Below, one piece after another: positions 31,051 to 41,476 of a stretch of DNA of 64,000 nucleotides. The notes beneath the pieces were generated by a model. The model was given only the letters and a program-made list of their open reading frames with translations. It was not told where the DNA came from and searched no databases. A program made the position numbers and the translations under genes. Source of the stretch: an uncultured Clostridia bacterium (lineage in GTDB: Bacteria; Bacillota; Clostridia; Christensenellales; UBA1242). Numbering within the stretch: position 1 is the stretch's first letter; every line of letters begins with the position of its first letter. The stretch is taken from NCBI GenBank assembly GCA_949841045.1, contig CATKXS010000004.1:8807-72806 (forward strand), in the 5' to 3' direction.

Positions 31051-32106
31051 TTAAATAAAATCGACAAGTTTCTTGCTTCTATTTGGATGTTTTAATTTGC
31101 GTAATGCTTTTGCTTCAATCTGTCTAATACGCTCTCTTGTAACGCTAAATTCTCTACCAACTTCTTCAAGTGTCTTACTTTTGCCGTCTATAAGACCATA
31201 ACGCTCTCTGATAACTTGTTGTTCTCTTGGTGTTAAGGTATCGATAACTGACAAAAGTTGTTCATGTAATAACTTTTGAGTGGCAATTTCCATAGGACTT
31301 TTTGCAGATTCATCTTCAATGAAATCACTCATCTTACTATCTTCCTCTTCACCGATAGGAGTTTCAAGAGAAATTGGGTCAAGAGCACTCTTCTTGATTT
31401 CAACCACCTTAGCTTCACTTATGCCCATCGCCTCGGCAACTTCTTCAAGCGTAGGTTCGCGAGAGAGCTGTTGCGTAAGCTGACGAACAGTACGGCTGTA
31501 ACGATTTATTGTTTCAACCATATGAACAGGAAGTCTAATTGTTCTTGACTGGTCTGCAATAGCTCTTGTAATGGCCTGCTTTATCCACCAAGTAGCATAA
31601 GTTGAAAATCTAAAGCCCTTTGTATAGTCAAACTTTTCAACCGCACGCAGAAGTCCCATATTTCCTTCCTGAATAAGGTCAAGGAATGAAAGCGAATTTG
31701 TGCTTGCCCATCTCTTTGCAATAGAAACAACAAGTCTTAAGTTTGACTGACAAAGTCTTGCTTTTGCACTTTCGTCACCGTCTAGAATTCTCTTTGCAAG
31801 TTCAACTTCTTCTTCCGCAGTTAAAAGAGGCACTTTGCCAATATCTTTTAAATACATTTTGACTGGGTCATCAACAGACATAAATCCAGTAAATTCAAGG
31901 TCATCGGTTTCAAGGTCACCCTCTTCAGCTGCTTTTAAAATTTTTATTGAATGACTTTCCATTTTTTTGATAAATTTTTGAATTTCTTGAGCGGATAAAT
32001 CATATTTGAGTAATCTAAAATAGACCTCTTCTTCATTGATAGAGCCCTTCTTAGCCGCAACATCAAATATCTTTTTCATCTCGACATCAATCTTGTTCTC
32101 TGACAT
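31051..32106 (-). CDS. sigA: RNA polymerase primary sigma factor
   Basis: Regions 2-4 present ([46 protein letters not shown]). dnaG-sigA order. Confidence 0.95.
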   Translation of the reverse strand: MSENKIDVEMKKIFDVAAKKGSINEEEVYFRLLKYDLSAQEIQKFIKKMESHSIKILKAAEEGDLETDDLEFTGFMSVDDPVKMYLKDIGKVPLLTAEEEVELAKRILDGDESAKARLCQSNLRLVVSIAKRWASTNSLSFLDLIQEGNMGLLRAVEKFDYTKGFRFSTYATWWIKQAITRAIADQSRTIRLPVHMVETINRYSRTVRQLTQQLSREPTLEEVAEAMGISEAKVVEIKKSALDPISLETPIGEEEDSKMSDFIEDESAKSPMEIATQKLLHEQLLSVIDTLTPREQQVIRERYGLIDGKSKTLEEVGREFSVTRERIRQIEAKALRKLKHPNRSKKLVDFI

Positions 32107-33871
32107 AAAATTCCTCCAACTTCTTCTCTCTTAGCGCACTGCTAATTCCATTCAATTTCACCGCAATTTGCGACCTTTCTTCCTTACTTTCACAGGTCTT
32201 AAATTTCTCTGCAAGTTCATTTTGTTTTCTTATAAGTTCTTGACTTGCAACAAGCCAAACACATTCATCAAAGTATCTCTTTCCTCCGTCACCAAACGCA
32301 GAAAAATCCATTCCAAGACAATCTCTTAAAAGTGGATTTTCATCGACATTAAAATAGTCATAATATGACGAAACAGGAATGCTCTTCATCGCCAATTCCA
32401 CAATTTCTACATGCCTTGGTAAAAGTTTCTTATAATCTATATGATTATTCACAAAATTTTTCTTAAAAATTAAAGAACTTAATATAAATCTTATAGCCCT
32501 AATATTCCCATTTTCACGCCCAATTAAAACATTTTCAGACATTTTTTCTTGCGTTTTTTTTATGTAACCCTTTTTTAACTTAGAAAGGTCTCTTCGAAGA
32601 ATATCAATTGGCACAGAACTTATATTCCTTAGCTTTTCAAGATAAATATCTTCTTGGCTTGAAAGCCCTAATTTACTGATAATTTCAAGTGCATTTTTGA
32701 CAAATTTGCTCTTTTCATCAGCATTTAAAAGATTAAACTTTTTAAGCTCATTATTTATTAAAAAGTCGGTTATAGGAAGAGCTGATGAAATAATTTTTTC
32801 AAGCTCGCCTTTACCCTTCTCTCTCAAAATCTCATCAGGGTCGTGCTTGTCCGGTATGGAAGCAATAAGCACATTAAAGCCTTCTTCTTTAAGAATATCA
32901 ATGCTTCTTATTGTCGCTTTAATTCCCGCCTCATCACCGTCAAAACAAAGTACAACATTATTTGATAACTTCTTAAGTTCTTTTGCATTCTCTTTTGTAA
33001 GCGCTGTCCCCATACAAGCAACCGTTGATTTGAAGCCTGCTCTGTGCATGGCTATAACGTCTATTTGCCCCTCAACAATTATAATCTTATCAAGTCCACC
33101 CCGCTTCTTAAGCTCCTTTAAAAGGTTAATTCCAAAGACAACTCGTCCTTTTTGGAAAACAATCGTTTCAGCTGTATTTTTGTACTTGGCAAAATCGGTC
33201 TTTTCAAGCACCCGCGCACTAAAGCCAATACATTCATTAAATGAATTAAAGATAGGGAAAACCAGTCTTTCTGCCATAACATCGTAGTAATGGTCGTTTT
33301 TATTTTGAGCAACACCCGCATCTAGCATTTCCTTGTATGTAAACCCTTGAAGCCTAAGATAGTCAATAAGGTCAGTCCAGTTTTTTGAATAACCTATTTT
33401 AAAATCTTCAAGTTCATGCCTTGTAAAACCGCGCTTTTTAAGATATTCTTGTGCAGGTTTTGCGTCAGAGGTATAAAGATTTTGCTGATAATGTTTATAG
33501 GTTAAATCAAGAAGTTTTAAAACTCGCTCCCTCGTTTGTTTCTTTTCAACAGCGTCATTATCACCAGTAAATTTTGGAATTTCCATGTTAGCGTTTTTAG
33601 CAAGTATTTCAACAGCTTGAGTAAAATCACAAGATTCATATTTTTGAATAAATGAGATAACATCTCCGCTTTCTTTACAACCAAAGCAGTAAAAAAAGCC
33701 TTCATCTTCGCTCACGGTAAAAGACGGCGTTTTTTCGTTGTGAAATGGACAACAAGCCCAATATTTTCCGCCCTTTTTATCAAGATGAACATACTTCCCA
33801 ATAATAGATACAATGTTATTCTTTTGCTTTAGTTCATAAAGCCAATTTGCAGGATAACCTTTATTTTGCAC
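32087..33871 (-). CDS. dnaG: DNA primase
   Basis: Zinc finger [14 protein letters not shown]...CFGC and a TOPRIM EGQIDV...DGDEAG. GTG start. Confidence 0.95.
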   Translation of the reverse strand: MQNKGYPANWLYELKQKNNIVSIIGKYVHLDKKGGKYWACCPFHNEKTPSFTVSEDEGFFYCFGCKESGDVISFIQKYESCDFTQAVEILAKNANMEIPKFTGDNDAVEKKQTRERVLKLLDLTYKHYQQNLYTSDAKPAQEYLKKRGFTRHELEDFKIGYSKNWTDLIDYLRLQGFTYKEMLDAGVAQNKNDHYYDVMAERLVFPIFNSFNECIGFSARVLEKTDFAKYKNTAETIVFQKGRVVFGINLLKELKKRGGLDKIIIVEGQIDVIAMHRAGFKSTVACMGTALTKENAKELKKLSNNVVLCFDGDEAGIKATIRSIDILKEEGFNVLIASIPDKHDPDEILREKGKGELEKIISSALPITDFLINNELKKFNLLNADEKSKFVKNALEIISKLGLSSQEDIYLEKLRNISSVPIDILRRDLSKLKKGYIKKTQEKMSENVLIGRENGNIRAIRFILSSLIFKKNFVNNHIDYKKLLPRHVEIVELAMKSIPVSSYYDYFNVDENPLLRDCLGMDFSAFGDGGKRYFDECVWLVASQELIRKQNELAEKFKTCESKEERSQIAVKLNGISSALREKKLEEFYVREQD

Positions 33872-34038
33872 TTTTATTAAAATTCCTTATAAGTTATATA
33901 TACTATAAAAAATCAAAAAATCCTTTTAATTATGTAAAAATAATAAAAATAAATTTCTTTTAACCAAATAAAAGACAATTTATGACAGCTGAAACAAACT
34001 TTTTTGTGCTCGCTGAAATAAATTGCCTTTTTTATATT

Positions 34039-34698
34039 TTAAATTAAACCGCCTTGAAGATAAACTTCTGGGACCTTGCCAACTATTATATTTTCGCATA
34101 ATAGTATTTCAAGTTCTGTATTAAAATTCTCCGTCTTTGCTGGCAACACCATTCCTATTCCCGCGTTTACCACAAAGAAGAGTTGATGTAATGTTTGATT
34201 TATCCCTGCACTTTTAAAATTTGAGTTTATTTTTGTGTTAACAGTCCCTATTGGAACAAGTTGAATAGATACATTAGGTCCGATTCCATACAGAAATGGT
34301 ATTCCAGTAAAAGTTCCTAGTGCTATTTTAATTCCTTGATGCCCTAATAAATCAAATTGTTTTTGAACATCTCTCGTTATTTCTCTTATAAGAATATTTG
34401 TTTTTACGCTGTCAATCTCAATCATTTCAACCGTATTTGAATCGGAATATTTTATTTTTGCAATGTCATTATATGAAATACCCTCTTGTAGTAATACATC
34501 ACCAACAACTTCGCTTATTGTAGAGGTTGCAAGTGAGCGAACGCGTTCTTCACTTAAGTTTACTATTATCGGACAAACAACCTTGATATAATAAATAACT
34601 AGCGCGATAATAATTGCCAAAATCACAAAAAGAGCCACCCGCAACTTATGCTTAGCTGACCTCTTTGATTTAATTAAACTTACTTGCCGACATTTCAT
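34039..34698 (-). CDS. yunB: Sporulation protein YunB
   Basis: N-terminal TM then the YunB-like pattern (VCPIIVNLSEERVRSLATSTISEVV). No SD before the ATG. Confidence 0.65.
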   Translation of the reverse strand: MKCRQVSLIKSKRSAKHKLRVALFVILAIIIALVIYYIKVVCPIIVNLSEERVRSLATSTISEVVGDVLLQEGISYNDIAKIKYSDSNTVEMIEIDSVKTNILIREITRDVQKQFDLLGHQGIKIALGTFTGIPFLYGIGPNVSIQLVPIGTVNTKINSNFKSAGINQTLHQLFFVVNAGIGMVLPAKTENFNTELEILLCENIIVGKVPEVYLQGGLI

Positions 34699-34704
34699 GC
34701 AATA

Positions 34705-34733
34705 AATATATGCGTAAAAAGTCGAAATATTGA
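34705..34733 (-). promoter_or_regulatory. Sigma-E-like promoter candidate (TCAATATT-13-CATATATT) ending 6 nt before the yunB ATG
   Basis: Resembles the Bacillus sigma-E consensus (ATATT ... CATACA-T). yunB is sigma-E dependent in B. subtilis. Confidence 0.3.
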
Positions 34734-34846
34734 CAAATCACACGTTTAAGAATAAAACATAACTTAAGTTTGAATCAATCAAAATTTTTATTGATTGATT
34801 AAATATACAATATATAGTATTTTGCTTGAAAGACAAAATACAACAA

Positions 34847-35203
34847 TTAGCTTTTTGTTTTAGACTTGAATATCAAAGCAAATATAAATGCGAATACAAC
34901 TGCCGCAGCTATACCTCCCGCTGTTGCTTCAAAACCGCCAGTAAAAGCACCTATAATTCCCCTAGCTTTTACCGCTCCAATTGCTCCTTTTGCAAGAGAT
35001 GCTCCAAAACCAATAATAGGAACATTTATACCCGCTCTAGCAAAGGCTGAAATCGGTTCAAAGATTCCAAATGCTTCGAGAACCACACCAACCAATACAA
35101 ATGTAACCAATATTCTAGCTGATGTTATATTTGTGTAGATAATAAGCATTTGACCGAGCATACATATAAATCCACCTATTAAAAATACCCATAAGTAGTA
35201 CAT
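34847..35203 (-). CDS. spoVAE: Stage V sporulation protein AE (SpoVAEB-type)
   Basis: 118-aa membrane protein with IIGFGASLAKGAIGAV. spoVAC-AD-AE order. Confidence 0.85.
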   Translation of the reverse strand: MYYLWVFLIGGFICMLGQMLIIYTNITSARILVTFVLVGVVLEAFGIFEPISAFARAGINVPIIGFGASLAKGAIGAVKARGIIGAFTGGFEATAGGIAAAVVFAFIFALIFKSKTKS

Positions 35204-36403
35204 TTAATCCTCCTTTTTCTTGGCCACTTGATTTGTTTTCTTACCTTTCGATTTTTCAGAAGGCTTAGCTTTTTTCGCCACCGCTTTTCCCTTATTTTTT
35301 GTATTATCTTCTTCTTCAGAATTAACTGAACTTTCTGAATCATCTTGTTTATCAGAATTTACTAAAGCCCTACTCTTTCCATATGGCTTAACCTTATTAC
35401 TAACAACATCACTTTCAATAACAATCGCATGACACACACCAGGAATTGTCTCACCTTGCTGAGCTGCAGTAGTTGACATAAGCGCTCCTGTAGGCATAAA
35501 TAAAACTTTACGCAGCTCTCCCTTTCTTAATTTGTCAATTATAAAAGAATTCAACACTGTTGCACTGCAACCACAGCCACTCGCTCCAGAAAGAGTATTT
35601 TGATTTCTTGTAAAATACATCTGACCACAATCATTATAATTAAGTCCAAGTTTAAATCCGTTATATTCCATTAAGTCAATTAGAATTTCACTTCCAAGCT
35701 TTCCAAGGTCACCCGTCACAATCAAATCATAATCATCTGGAGTTCTGCCAGTATCTCTAAAATGAGCAAGCATAGTATCCATTGCTGCCGGAGCCATAGC
35801 AGCACCCATATCGTTCACATCATTTACGCCATAATCAATGACCTTTCCAAAGGTTGCCATTTCAATGCGAGGGCCTTCTCCTCTTGTGGCCAAAACAGTC
35901 GCGCCTGCTCCTGTTACCGTCCATTGAGAAGTTGGCGGTCTTTGATTGCCAAGCTCTAAAGGAAATCTAAACTGACGCTCTGCAGTAGAAAAATGGGAGC
36001 CAGTACAACAGACAACCTTTTCAAAATGTTGTGAATCAATAAATGTTGAGCCGATTGCAAGACTTTCCGCCATTGTTGAGCATGCTCCAAATAACCCCAA
36101 AAAAGAAACGCTAAAATTTCTTGCAGCGTAGGAAGAAGAAATAATTTGATTAAGAAGGTCGCCAGCTAGAATAAGCTGAATATCTTTTGGCTTTAATTTG
36201 GCATCTTCTATCGCACCTACAATGGCGCTTTCCAGCATTTTCTTTTCAGCTTTTTCATAAGAATCTTCTCCAAAAGAATCATCTTTCATGACATAGTTAA
36301 AGTATGGTCCAAAATTTCCTTTACCTTCTTTAGGACCAACAATTGAATAACTTCCGATAATTACCGGTTTATGCTTAAAAATTATAGTTTGACTTTTACT
36401 CAT
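35204..36403 (-). CDS. spoVAD: Stage V sporulation protein AD with ~60-aa Lys/Ser/Glu-rich C-terminal extension
   Basis: Thiolase-like SpoVAD core (GDLLNQIISSSYAAR, TGALMS). The tail is SDKQDDSESSVNSEEEDNTKNKGKAVAKKAKPSEKSKGKK. Confidence 0.9.
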   Translation of the reverse strand: MSKSQTIIFKHKPVIIGSYSIVGPKEGKGNFGPYFNYVMKDDSFGEDSYEKAEKKMLESAIVGAIEDAKLKPKDIQLILAGDLLNQIISSSYAARNFSVSFLGLFGACSTMAESLAIGSTFIDSQHFEKVVCCTGSHFSTAERQFRFPLELGNQRPPTSQWTVTGAGATVLATRGEGPRIEMATFGKVIDYGVNDVNDMGAAMAPAAMDTMLAHFRDTGRTPDDYDLIVTGDLGKLGSEILIDLMEYNGFKLGLNYNDCGQMYFTRNQNTLSGASGCGCSATVLNSFIIDKLRKGELRKVLFMPTGALMSTTAAQQGETIPGVCHAIVIESDVVSNKVKPYGKSRALVNSDKQDDSESSVNSEEEDNTKNKGKAVAKKAKPSEKSKGKKTNQVAKKKED

Positions 36404-36412
36404 AATTCCTCT

Positions 36413-36859
36413 TTAAATAAACAAATAAATAATACCTACAACAATACTAGAAACGATTCCTACAACAATTACAGGCCCAGCTATTGTAAACATTTTTACA
36501 CATATTCCATAAATAATTCCTTCATGTTTAAACTCAATCGCAGGCGAAGTAATTGAATTGGAAAACCCTGTAATCGGCACAATCGAACCACCTCCTGCAA
36601 ACTTACCTATCTTATCATAAACCCCTATACCTGTCAGGAAAGAAGCAATAAAGATAAGAACTATGAGCGTATATCCCCAAGCAGTTTGCTCAGCTAATGA
36701 CGGGAACCACAAAAGAATAAGGTCATTAATACCTTGACCTAAACAGCATATAATTCCACCTACCAAAAAAGAATTAAATAAACTTGGCCAAGCCCTCGTT
36801 TTCGGTATCTTAGCTTTTACATATTTATTATAAGCTTCATTTCTCTTTTTATCATCCAT
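36413..36859 (-). CDS. spoVAC: Stage V sporulation protein AC
   Basis: FLVGGIICCLGQGI and PITGFSNSITSPAIEFKHEG. Confidence 0.9.
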   Translation of the reverse strand: MDDKKRNEAYNKYVKAKIPKTRAWPSLFNSFLVGGIICCLGQGINDLILLWFPSLAEQTAWGYTLIVLIFIASFLTGIGVYDKIGKFAGGGSIVPITGFSNSITSPAIEFKHEGIIYGICVKMFTIAGPVIVVGIVSSIVVGIIYLFI

Positions 36860-36876
36860 TCCATAATCTCCTACAC

Positions 36877-36906
36877 TATTATTGACAGGATATTTCTATT
36901 GTAAAC
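36877..36906 (-). promoter_or_regulatory. Forespore-type (sigma-F/G-like) promoter candidate GTTTA-17-CAATAATA
   Basis: Sits 17 nt upstream of the spoVAC ATG. The spoVA operon is sigma-G dependent in Bacillus. Confidence 0.3.
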
Positions 36907-36957
36907 ACTGAATAAAAATTTACCTGAGTGCACAAACTAAAAAAAAATGGAGGAAGA

Positions 36958-38064
36958 ATGAAAAAAGCTATATTATGTGCTCTTATAGGGCTAGCATCAA
37001 TCACAATGGTGGGCTGTGGCAACAACTCTGCCAAAGCTTTGACAAACCTAGATAAACAACTGGAAAAAGTTGAACAAACCGTTAGTTCAACCAGTTCGAG
37101 CGAAGTATCAGAAGTTAGTCCTTCAGTTTATTATAAATCAAATCAATCAAGCTCTTCTTTGCAATACTATAAATCGCAATCCTTTCAAAACATGACAAGA
37201 GAGGAAGAAGTTAGACAGCAAGTTCTTTCTCTTAATGCTTATCTTAAATCATCTTCTAAAAATAATATAAAATTGACAAAAGCCGACTCTGAAGCAATCA
37301 AAAATTTATCAAACGACTTAGGCAAATATACAACTCAGCTCTCTAAAACCAAATCTGAAATCAAAAAAAATGTTAACAGCATTAAAAACCTCTCTAAATC
37401 AAGCAAGAATCAAACCGCAACAGAAAGTAGTTATATTATGCTAAATAACAATATGAACAATAGATATATTTGCCTATGCAATATTTACAACAATCTTGAA
37501 AGGATTTATATACTTCTTGGCGAGGATAATCTAATTAGTGATGAACAAAATAGCAATTCATCAGAAGTTACTCAAAAAGACGAAAATAACGAAAATGACA
37601 AAAAAACCTTTAAAAAAAATATAGATAGTTATGTCAACAATGGTTACAAGACCAAACAAAACAGCACTAGCGAAACAAATTCCCAACAAAATAATATAAA
37701 CTCTTACCCTCAATATCCAGTTTATCCATACGGAACACCTTATTATAATGGCTACAACATGCCAGGAGGATACAATATGTACAATGGCTATGGTTACAAT
37801 GGTTTTGATTTTAACAATGGTATTGGTTATAATGGAATTTTTGGAGGAAATCGTTTTAATATGGGAAGAAATACCGACACATTTTACCCTCTCAATCGAA
37901 ACATTGATACCTATAAGTTTGCACCAAATATGAATGGGAACAATTTTTATATAACTGCTTCAACTGACAACGAAAACGAAATTGACGAAAATGACGACAC
38001 CAATCAAATCAATATTGAAATAGAAGAAACTAATATAGATGCCACATGTGAAGACTGCGAATAA
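36958..38064 (+). CDS. Lipoprotein with Ser-rich and Asn/Tyr/Gly-rich low-complexity regions
   Basis: SD tggaggaagaATG and lipobox ITMVGCG. C-terminal half includes YPQYPVYPYGTPYYNGYNMPGGYNMYNGYGYNGFDFNNGIGYNG. Confidence 0.7.
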   Translation: MKKAILCALIGLASITMVGCGNNSAKALTNLDKQLEKVEQTVSSTSSSEVSEVSPSVYYKSNQSSSSLQYYKSQSFQNMTREEEVRQQVLSLNAYLKSSSKNNIKLTKADSEAIKNLSNDLGKYTTQLSKTKSEIKKNVNSIKNLSKSSKNQTATESSYIMLNNNMNNRYICLCNIYNNLERIYILLGEDNLISDEQNSNSSEVTQKDENNENDKKTFKKNIDSYVNNGYKTKQNSTSETNSQQNNINSYPQYPVYPYGTPYYNGYNMPGGYNMYNGYGYNGFDFNNGIGYNGIFGGNRFNMGRNTDTFYPLNRNIDTYKFAPNMNGNNFYITASTDNENEIDENDDTNQINIEIEETNIDATCEDCE

Positions 38065-38085
38065 AACATAAACAAAAAAAAACAC

Positions 38086-38505
38086 TTAGTACTTAATAGT
38101 GATATATTTAAATTTTTCATTTTTAGCAACAAAATCTTTTATCTTGCTTATTAGCATTTTGCCATAACCTTTTTTTTCTATGTTGCGGATGAATAGCAAC
38201 GTAATTAATCTGACATGCATATGACTTATGATAGTCTATTTTAATTGTAGCTGTTCCAACAATTTTATTTAGTTCATCTCTTAAAGCCAGCAAAATATAC
38301 TGTGGACTTTTGATGTCTAAAATACTTTTTGTTTTTTAGAATAATTAAAAGCTCTAATTATTTCATCTTTAAAATCTTCATCAATATTTATAGAATCTAT
38401 TTCGGTCTTATCAGAGAAGGTTGTAGAAAAATTAGACAAATTTGCAATTTTTAAGTTCTCTTTTTGTTTCTTAATATTTCTATTTTCATACCTCAATAAT
38501 AGCAT
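38086..38505 (-). pseudogene. GNAT-family N-acetyltransferase, reading frame broken at least twice
   Basis: Three frame segments: MLLLRYENRN...KKQKVF, then DIKSPQYILLALRDELNKIVGTATIKIDYHKSYACQINYVAIHPQHRKK, then GYGKMLISKIKDFVAKNEKFKYITIKY. The second break is in an 8-nt homopolymer (38170..38177). Confidence 0.5.
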
Positions 38506-38595
38506 ATCTCAGCAACTTTTACAACATTTTTATAAATGTTAACTTCTTATATTGATAAATTATAAAATTAATAATTTTACTCATTTATTTTAACT

Positions 38596-38626
38596 TGAAA
38601 AAAGGATACTTGATGTTTGTATCCTT
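38596..38626 (-). terminator. sigF operon terminator
   Basis: Minus-sense AAGGAUAC-aaacaucaa-GUAUCCUU followed by UUUUUC. Confidence 0.6.
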
Positions 38627-38708
38627 AATTTTTGCTAATTTCAAAGTTTTAGCCCTTATTCAACTTGGTATTTATTTTGTTATAACTATCAACAATTTTT
38701 TAGTTTTT

Positions 38709-39434
38709 TTAATTTGATAATTTATTTTTTAAGTTAGTCAATATCTTATTTTCAAGTCTTGAGACTTGAACCTGAGAAATATTAAGTTCTTTCGCTATTT
38801 CACTTTGAGTTTTATCATAATAATAACGTAACAGTATAATCTTTTTATCTCTCGTTCCAAGTTTTTTAACAAGTTCAGTCAATGCGATATTATCTAAAAC
38901 CTTGCTGTTCTCATCTTCTTGCGCTTCAATTCTATCTATAAGCGTCAAAGACTCCGAATCATCTTCTATTGGAGTATACAAAGATAATGGCATTTTAGCA
39001 GAATCCATTGCAAGCACAATTTCTTGTTGCTCAATTTGAAAATGATTTGAAAGTTCTTCAATTGTAGGAGTTCTTTGATTATTCTTTACAAACTCCTCTA
39101 TAAAGCGATTGATTTGCAAATTTAAAGATTTCAATGCTCTTGAAACCTTTATTGACCCATCATCTCGCATAAATCTTTTGATTTCTCCAATCACCATAGG
39201 TACAACATAAGTTGAAAATTTTACACCAAACTCAGGATTGAAATTTTTTATAGCTTTTAAAAAGCCCATACAACCTATTTGGTATAAATCATCATACTCA
39301 ACACCCTTGTCTCTAAATCGTTTTATAACGCTTTTTATGAGCGGTGAATTTTCCTCGATAAGCACCGATTTTGCTTCTTGGTCACCCTGTTGAGCCTTTT
39401 CGACCAATTGCAAAACGAGAGCATTATCAAGCAT
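38709..39434 (-). CDS. sigF: Sporulation sigma factor F
   Basis: Sigma-70 regions 2-4. Third gene after spoIIAA-spoIIAB. Confidence 0.9.
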   Translation of the reverse strand: MLDNALVLQLVEKAQQGDQEAKSVLIEENSPLIKSVIKRFRDKGVEYDDLYQIGCMGFLKAIKNFNPEFGVKFSTYVVPMVIGEIKRFMRDDGSIKVSRALKSLNLQINRFIEEFVKNNQRTPTIEELSNHFQIEQQEIVLAMDSAKMPLSLYTPIEDDSESLTLIDRIEAQEDENSKVLDNIALTELVKKLGTRDKKIILLRYYYDKTQSEIAKELNISQVQVSRLENKILTNLKNKLSN

Positions 39435-39876
39435 TCCCCACCTGCAAAGCGCTACTCGTTATTTGTTTGTACATAGTCACAGTTATTCCGCCAAGGTCGT
39501 TTTTCTCGACCTCAACCTTATCCATAAAGCTTTCCATAACAGTAAAGCCCATACCGCTGCGCTCTTCGTCTGGCTTAGTTGTATAAAAAGGTTCACGAGC
39601 TTTTTCAATATCCTTAATTCCAACGCCTCCGTCCTTGATTACAATCTTAACGCTGTCTCCTTCAATTTCACAACGCATTGTAATTATACCATTTTGTTTA
39701 GGATAGGCATGCACAACACAATTAGTAACCGCTTCTGAAACAGCCGTCTTAATATCTCCAAGTTCTTCAATAGATGGATTTAATTGAACGCAAAAGCCAG
39801 CAACACAAATTCTTGCAAAACCTTCGTTAATTGATAAAGCCTTAAAGCTTACTTCCATAAAATTTGACTTAACCAT
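39427..39876 (-). CDS. spoIIAB: Anti-sigma F factor (serine kinase SpoIIAB)
   Basis: HATPase_c motifs (AVSEAVTNCVVHA, DGGVGI, GMGF). SD-preceded ATG at 39876. Confidence 0.9.
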   Translation of the reverse strand: MVKSNFMEVSFKALSINEGFARICVAGFCVQLNPSIEELGDIKTAVSEAVTNCVVHAYPKQNGIITMRCEIEGDSVKIVIKDGGVGIKDIEKAREPFYTTKPDEERSGMGFTVMESFMDKVEVEKNDLGGITVTMYKQITSSALQVGNA

Positions 39877-39886
39877 GACTTCTCCT

Positions 39887-40195
39887 TTAAACAATTTTGG
39901 GCATAATTTCATAAAGCCCTGTCATTTTGAAAATTTTTTCTGCCTGCCTTGAAGGATTGCTTATAAAAATCGGAATACTTCTACTTTTCATTTTTTTATA
40001 TCGGCCTATAAGCACGCCAATACCCGTACTATCCATAAATTCAAGTTCAGAAAGGTCAATAATAATCTGATTAAAGTCACCGCCAGCAAATATCTCATCA
40101 AGTGTCATTCGAGTATGGCTTGCAGAATGTTCATCAAGTTCTCCACAAAGAACAACATAAAGCGTTCCATTATAAACTTTATTTTTTATATGCAT
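39887..40195 (-). CDS. spoIIAA: Anti-sigma F factor antagonist (STAS)
   Basis: STAS domain with DLSELEFMDSTGIGVLIG (phospho-Ser). SD ggagggaaaATG at 40195. Confidence 0.85.
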   Translation of the reverse strand: MHIKNKVYNGTLYVVLCGELDEHSASHTRMTLDEIFAGGDFNQIIIDLSELEFMDSTGIGVLIGRYKKMKSRSIPIFISNPSRQAEKIFKMTGLYEIMPKIV

Positions 40196-40298
40196 TTTCC
40201 CTCCAAAGTTTAGTTTTTCTTTGTCAAGAAAATGATAACATATCAAAAATTGCAAAATATAGACTTTTTAGACGAATAGTTGCAATTTTTAAAGAATC

Positions 40299-41039
40299 TT
40301 AAAACCTTAACGCTCCGCCTGATACGGTCAACACCTCACCTGTCATATAAGACGATTCTTCGCTTATCAAAAAGTTGACAGCATTCGCAACATCTTCAGT
40401 TTGTCCAATTCTCTTTAGCGGAATTGAATTTTCTATATTTGCTCTTTCACTATCTAAAATATACTTTGTCATCTTTGTTTCGATACAACCTGGCGCAACG
40501 CAATTAACTCTTACATTTATATTTGCCAGCTCCAAAGCCAAAGACTTTGTCAAAGCAATAAGCCCGCCTTTTGTCGCCGTATAAACACTTTCGCATGCTC
40601 CTCCATAAAGACCATATACAGAAGATATAAAAACAACCGAGCCTCGCTCAACATTCAAAAAATGTTTCATCATCAATTTTGATGAGTATAATGCTCCTCT
40701 TAAATTAACATCAAGTATCTCATCAATATCGTCAAAGCTCTCGTCCATTATAAGTTTTTCTGGCTTAGACACACCTGCACAATAAACAAAGTTTTCAATA
40801 AGCTTATTTCCAAAAATAACCTTATTAAAAAATAATTCAATTTCATTTCTATTCGCCAAATCAAGTTTATATGTTTCAAGTTTAGACGAATTCGATTCAC
40901 ATTCAAGAAAAAGTTCTTTAGTAATCGGCGTCTTATTGTAAGTCGCAATTATATCATATCCCTCTTTAGCTAGCTTCTTTATAATTCCCTGTCCAATATC
41001 ACTTGAACCTCCAAAAATAACCACCTGTTTTTTAATCAT
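40299..41039 (-). CDS. SDR-family oxidoreductase (FabG-like)
   Basis: GGSSDIGQGI cofactor motif and the YTATK catalytic Tyr/Lys. Confidence 0.85.
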   Translation of the reverse strand: MIKKQVVIFGGSSDIGQGIIKKLAKEGYDIIATYNKTPITKELFLECESNSSKLETYKLDLANRNEIELFFNKVIFGNKLIENFVYCAGVSKPEKLIMDESFDDIDEILDVNLRGALYSSKLMMKHFLNVERGSVVFISSVYGLYGGACESVYTATKGGLIALTKSLALELANINVRVNCVAPGCIETKMTKYILDSERANIENSIPLKRIGQTEDVANAVNFLISEESSYMTGEVLTVSGGALRF

Positions 41040-41138
41040 TATAACTCCTTATTTGTTATTTTGTAAATAATTTAAAATTTTTTACAAAAATATAAAAAAA
41101 TAGTTGTAAATTTAAATTTGTTGTGTTATAATACTCTT

Positions 41139-41253
41139 GGAATGTGAAAAACATTCTAAAAACAATGCAGACCTTATCTTATGTATTCCAAAAAAAAGAC
41201 AAAATTTCTGTATTGTTTTTTATTGAGTTGACTTTAGTCAGCTCAATTTTTTT
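41139..41253 (+). ncRNA. Candidate sRNA 1 (~115 nt) with its own promoter and terminator
   Basis: TTGTAA-17-TATAAT (41104..41132, TG-extended). Long hairpin AAAAACAATGCAGA/TCTGTATTGTTTTT. Terminator TTGAGTTGAC-ttta-GTCAGCTCAA plus T7. Confidence 0.45.
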
Positions 41254-41292
41254 AGACACACAATAAAAACACGAAATTTATTGAGTATTATC

Positions 41293-41334
41293 TTTAGGGA
41301 CGCAAGAATAACACGAGATTAAACGAGCGTTTTC
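41293..41334 (+). repeat. Solitary unit of the ~42-bp repeat family
   Basis: TTTAGGGACGCAAGAATAACACGAGATTAAACGAGCGTTTTC aligns with the pheS and lgt units. Confidence 0.7.
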
Positions 41335-41476
41335 TTTTTAAAAACAACAAAAACAATTACTATATTTCACTATTTAAATATAACACAATTTCAAATTTTT
41401 ATCAATTAAAACAGCATTGAAAAATTATTCTAATTTTTTGTTTGTTTACACAAACACTTTTGACAGCACAAAAGCA

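Noticed and set aside
41166-41300. 44-codon ORF (MQTLSYVFQKKDKISVLFFIELTLVSS...) inside candidate sRNA 1.
   Set aside because: It has no Shine-Dalgarno, and the frame runs through the intrinsic terminator, so it could not be fully translated from the predicted transcript.
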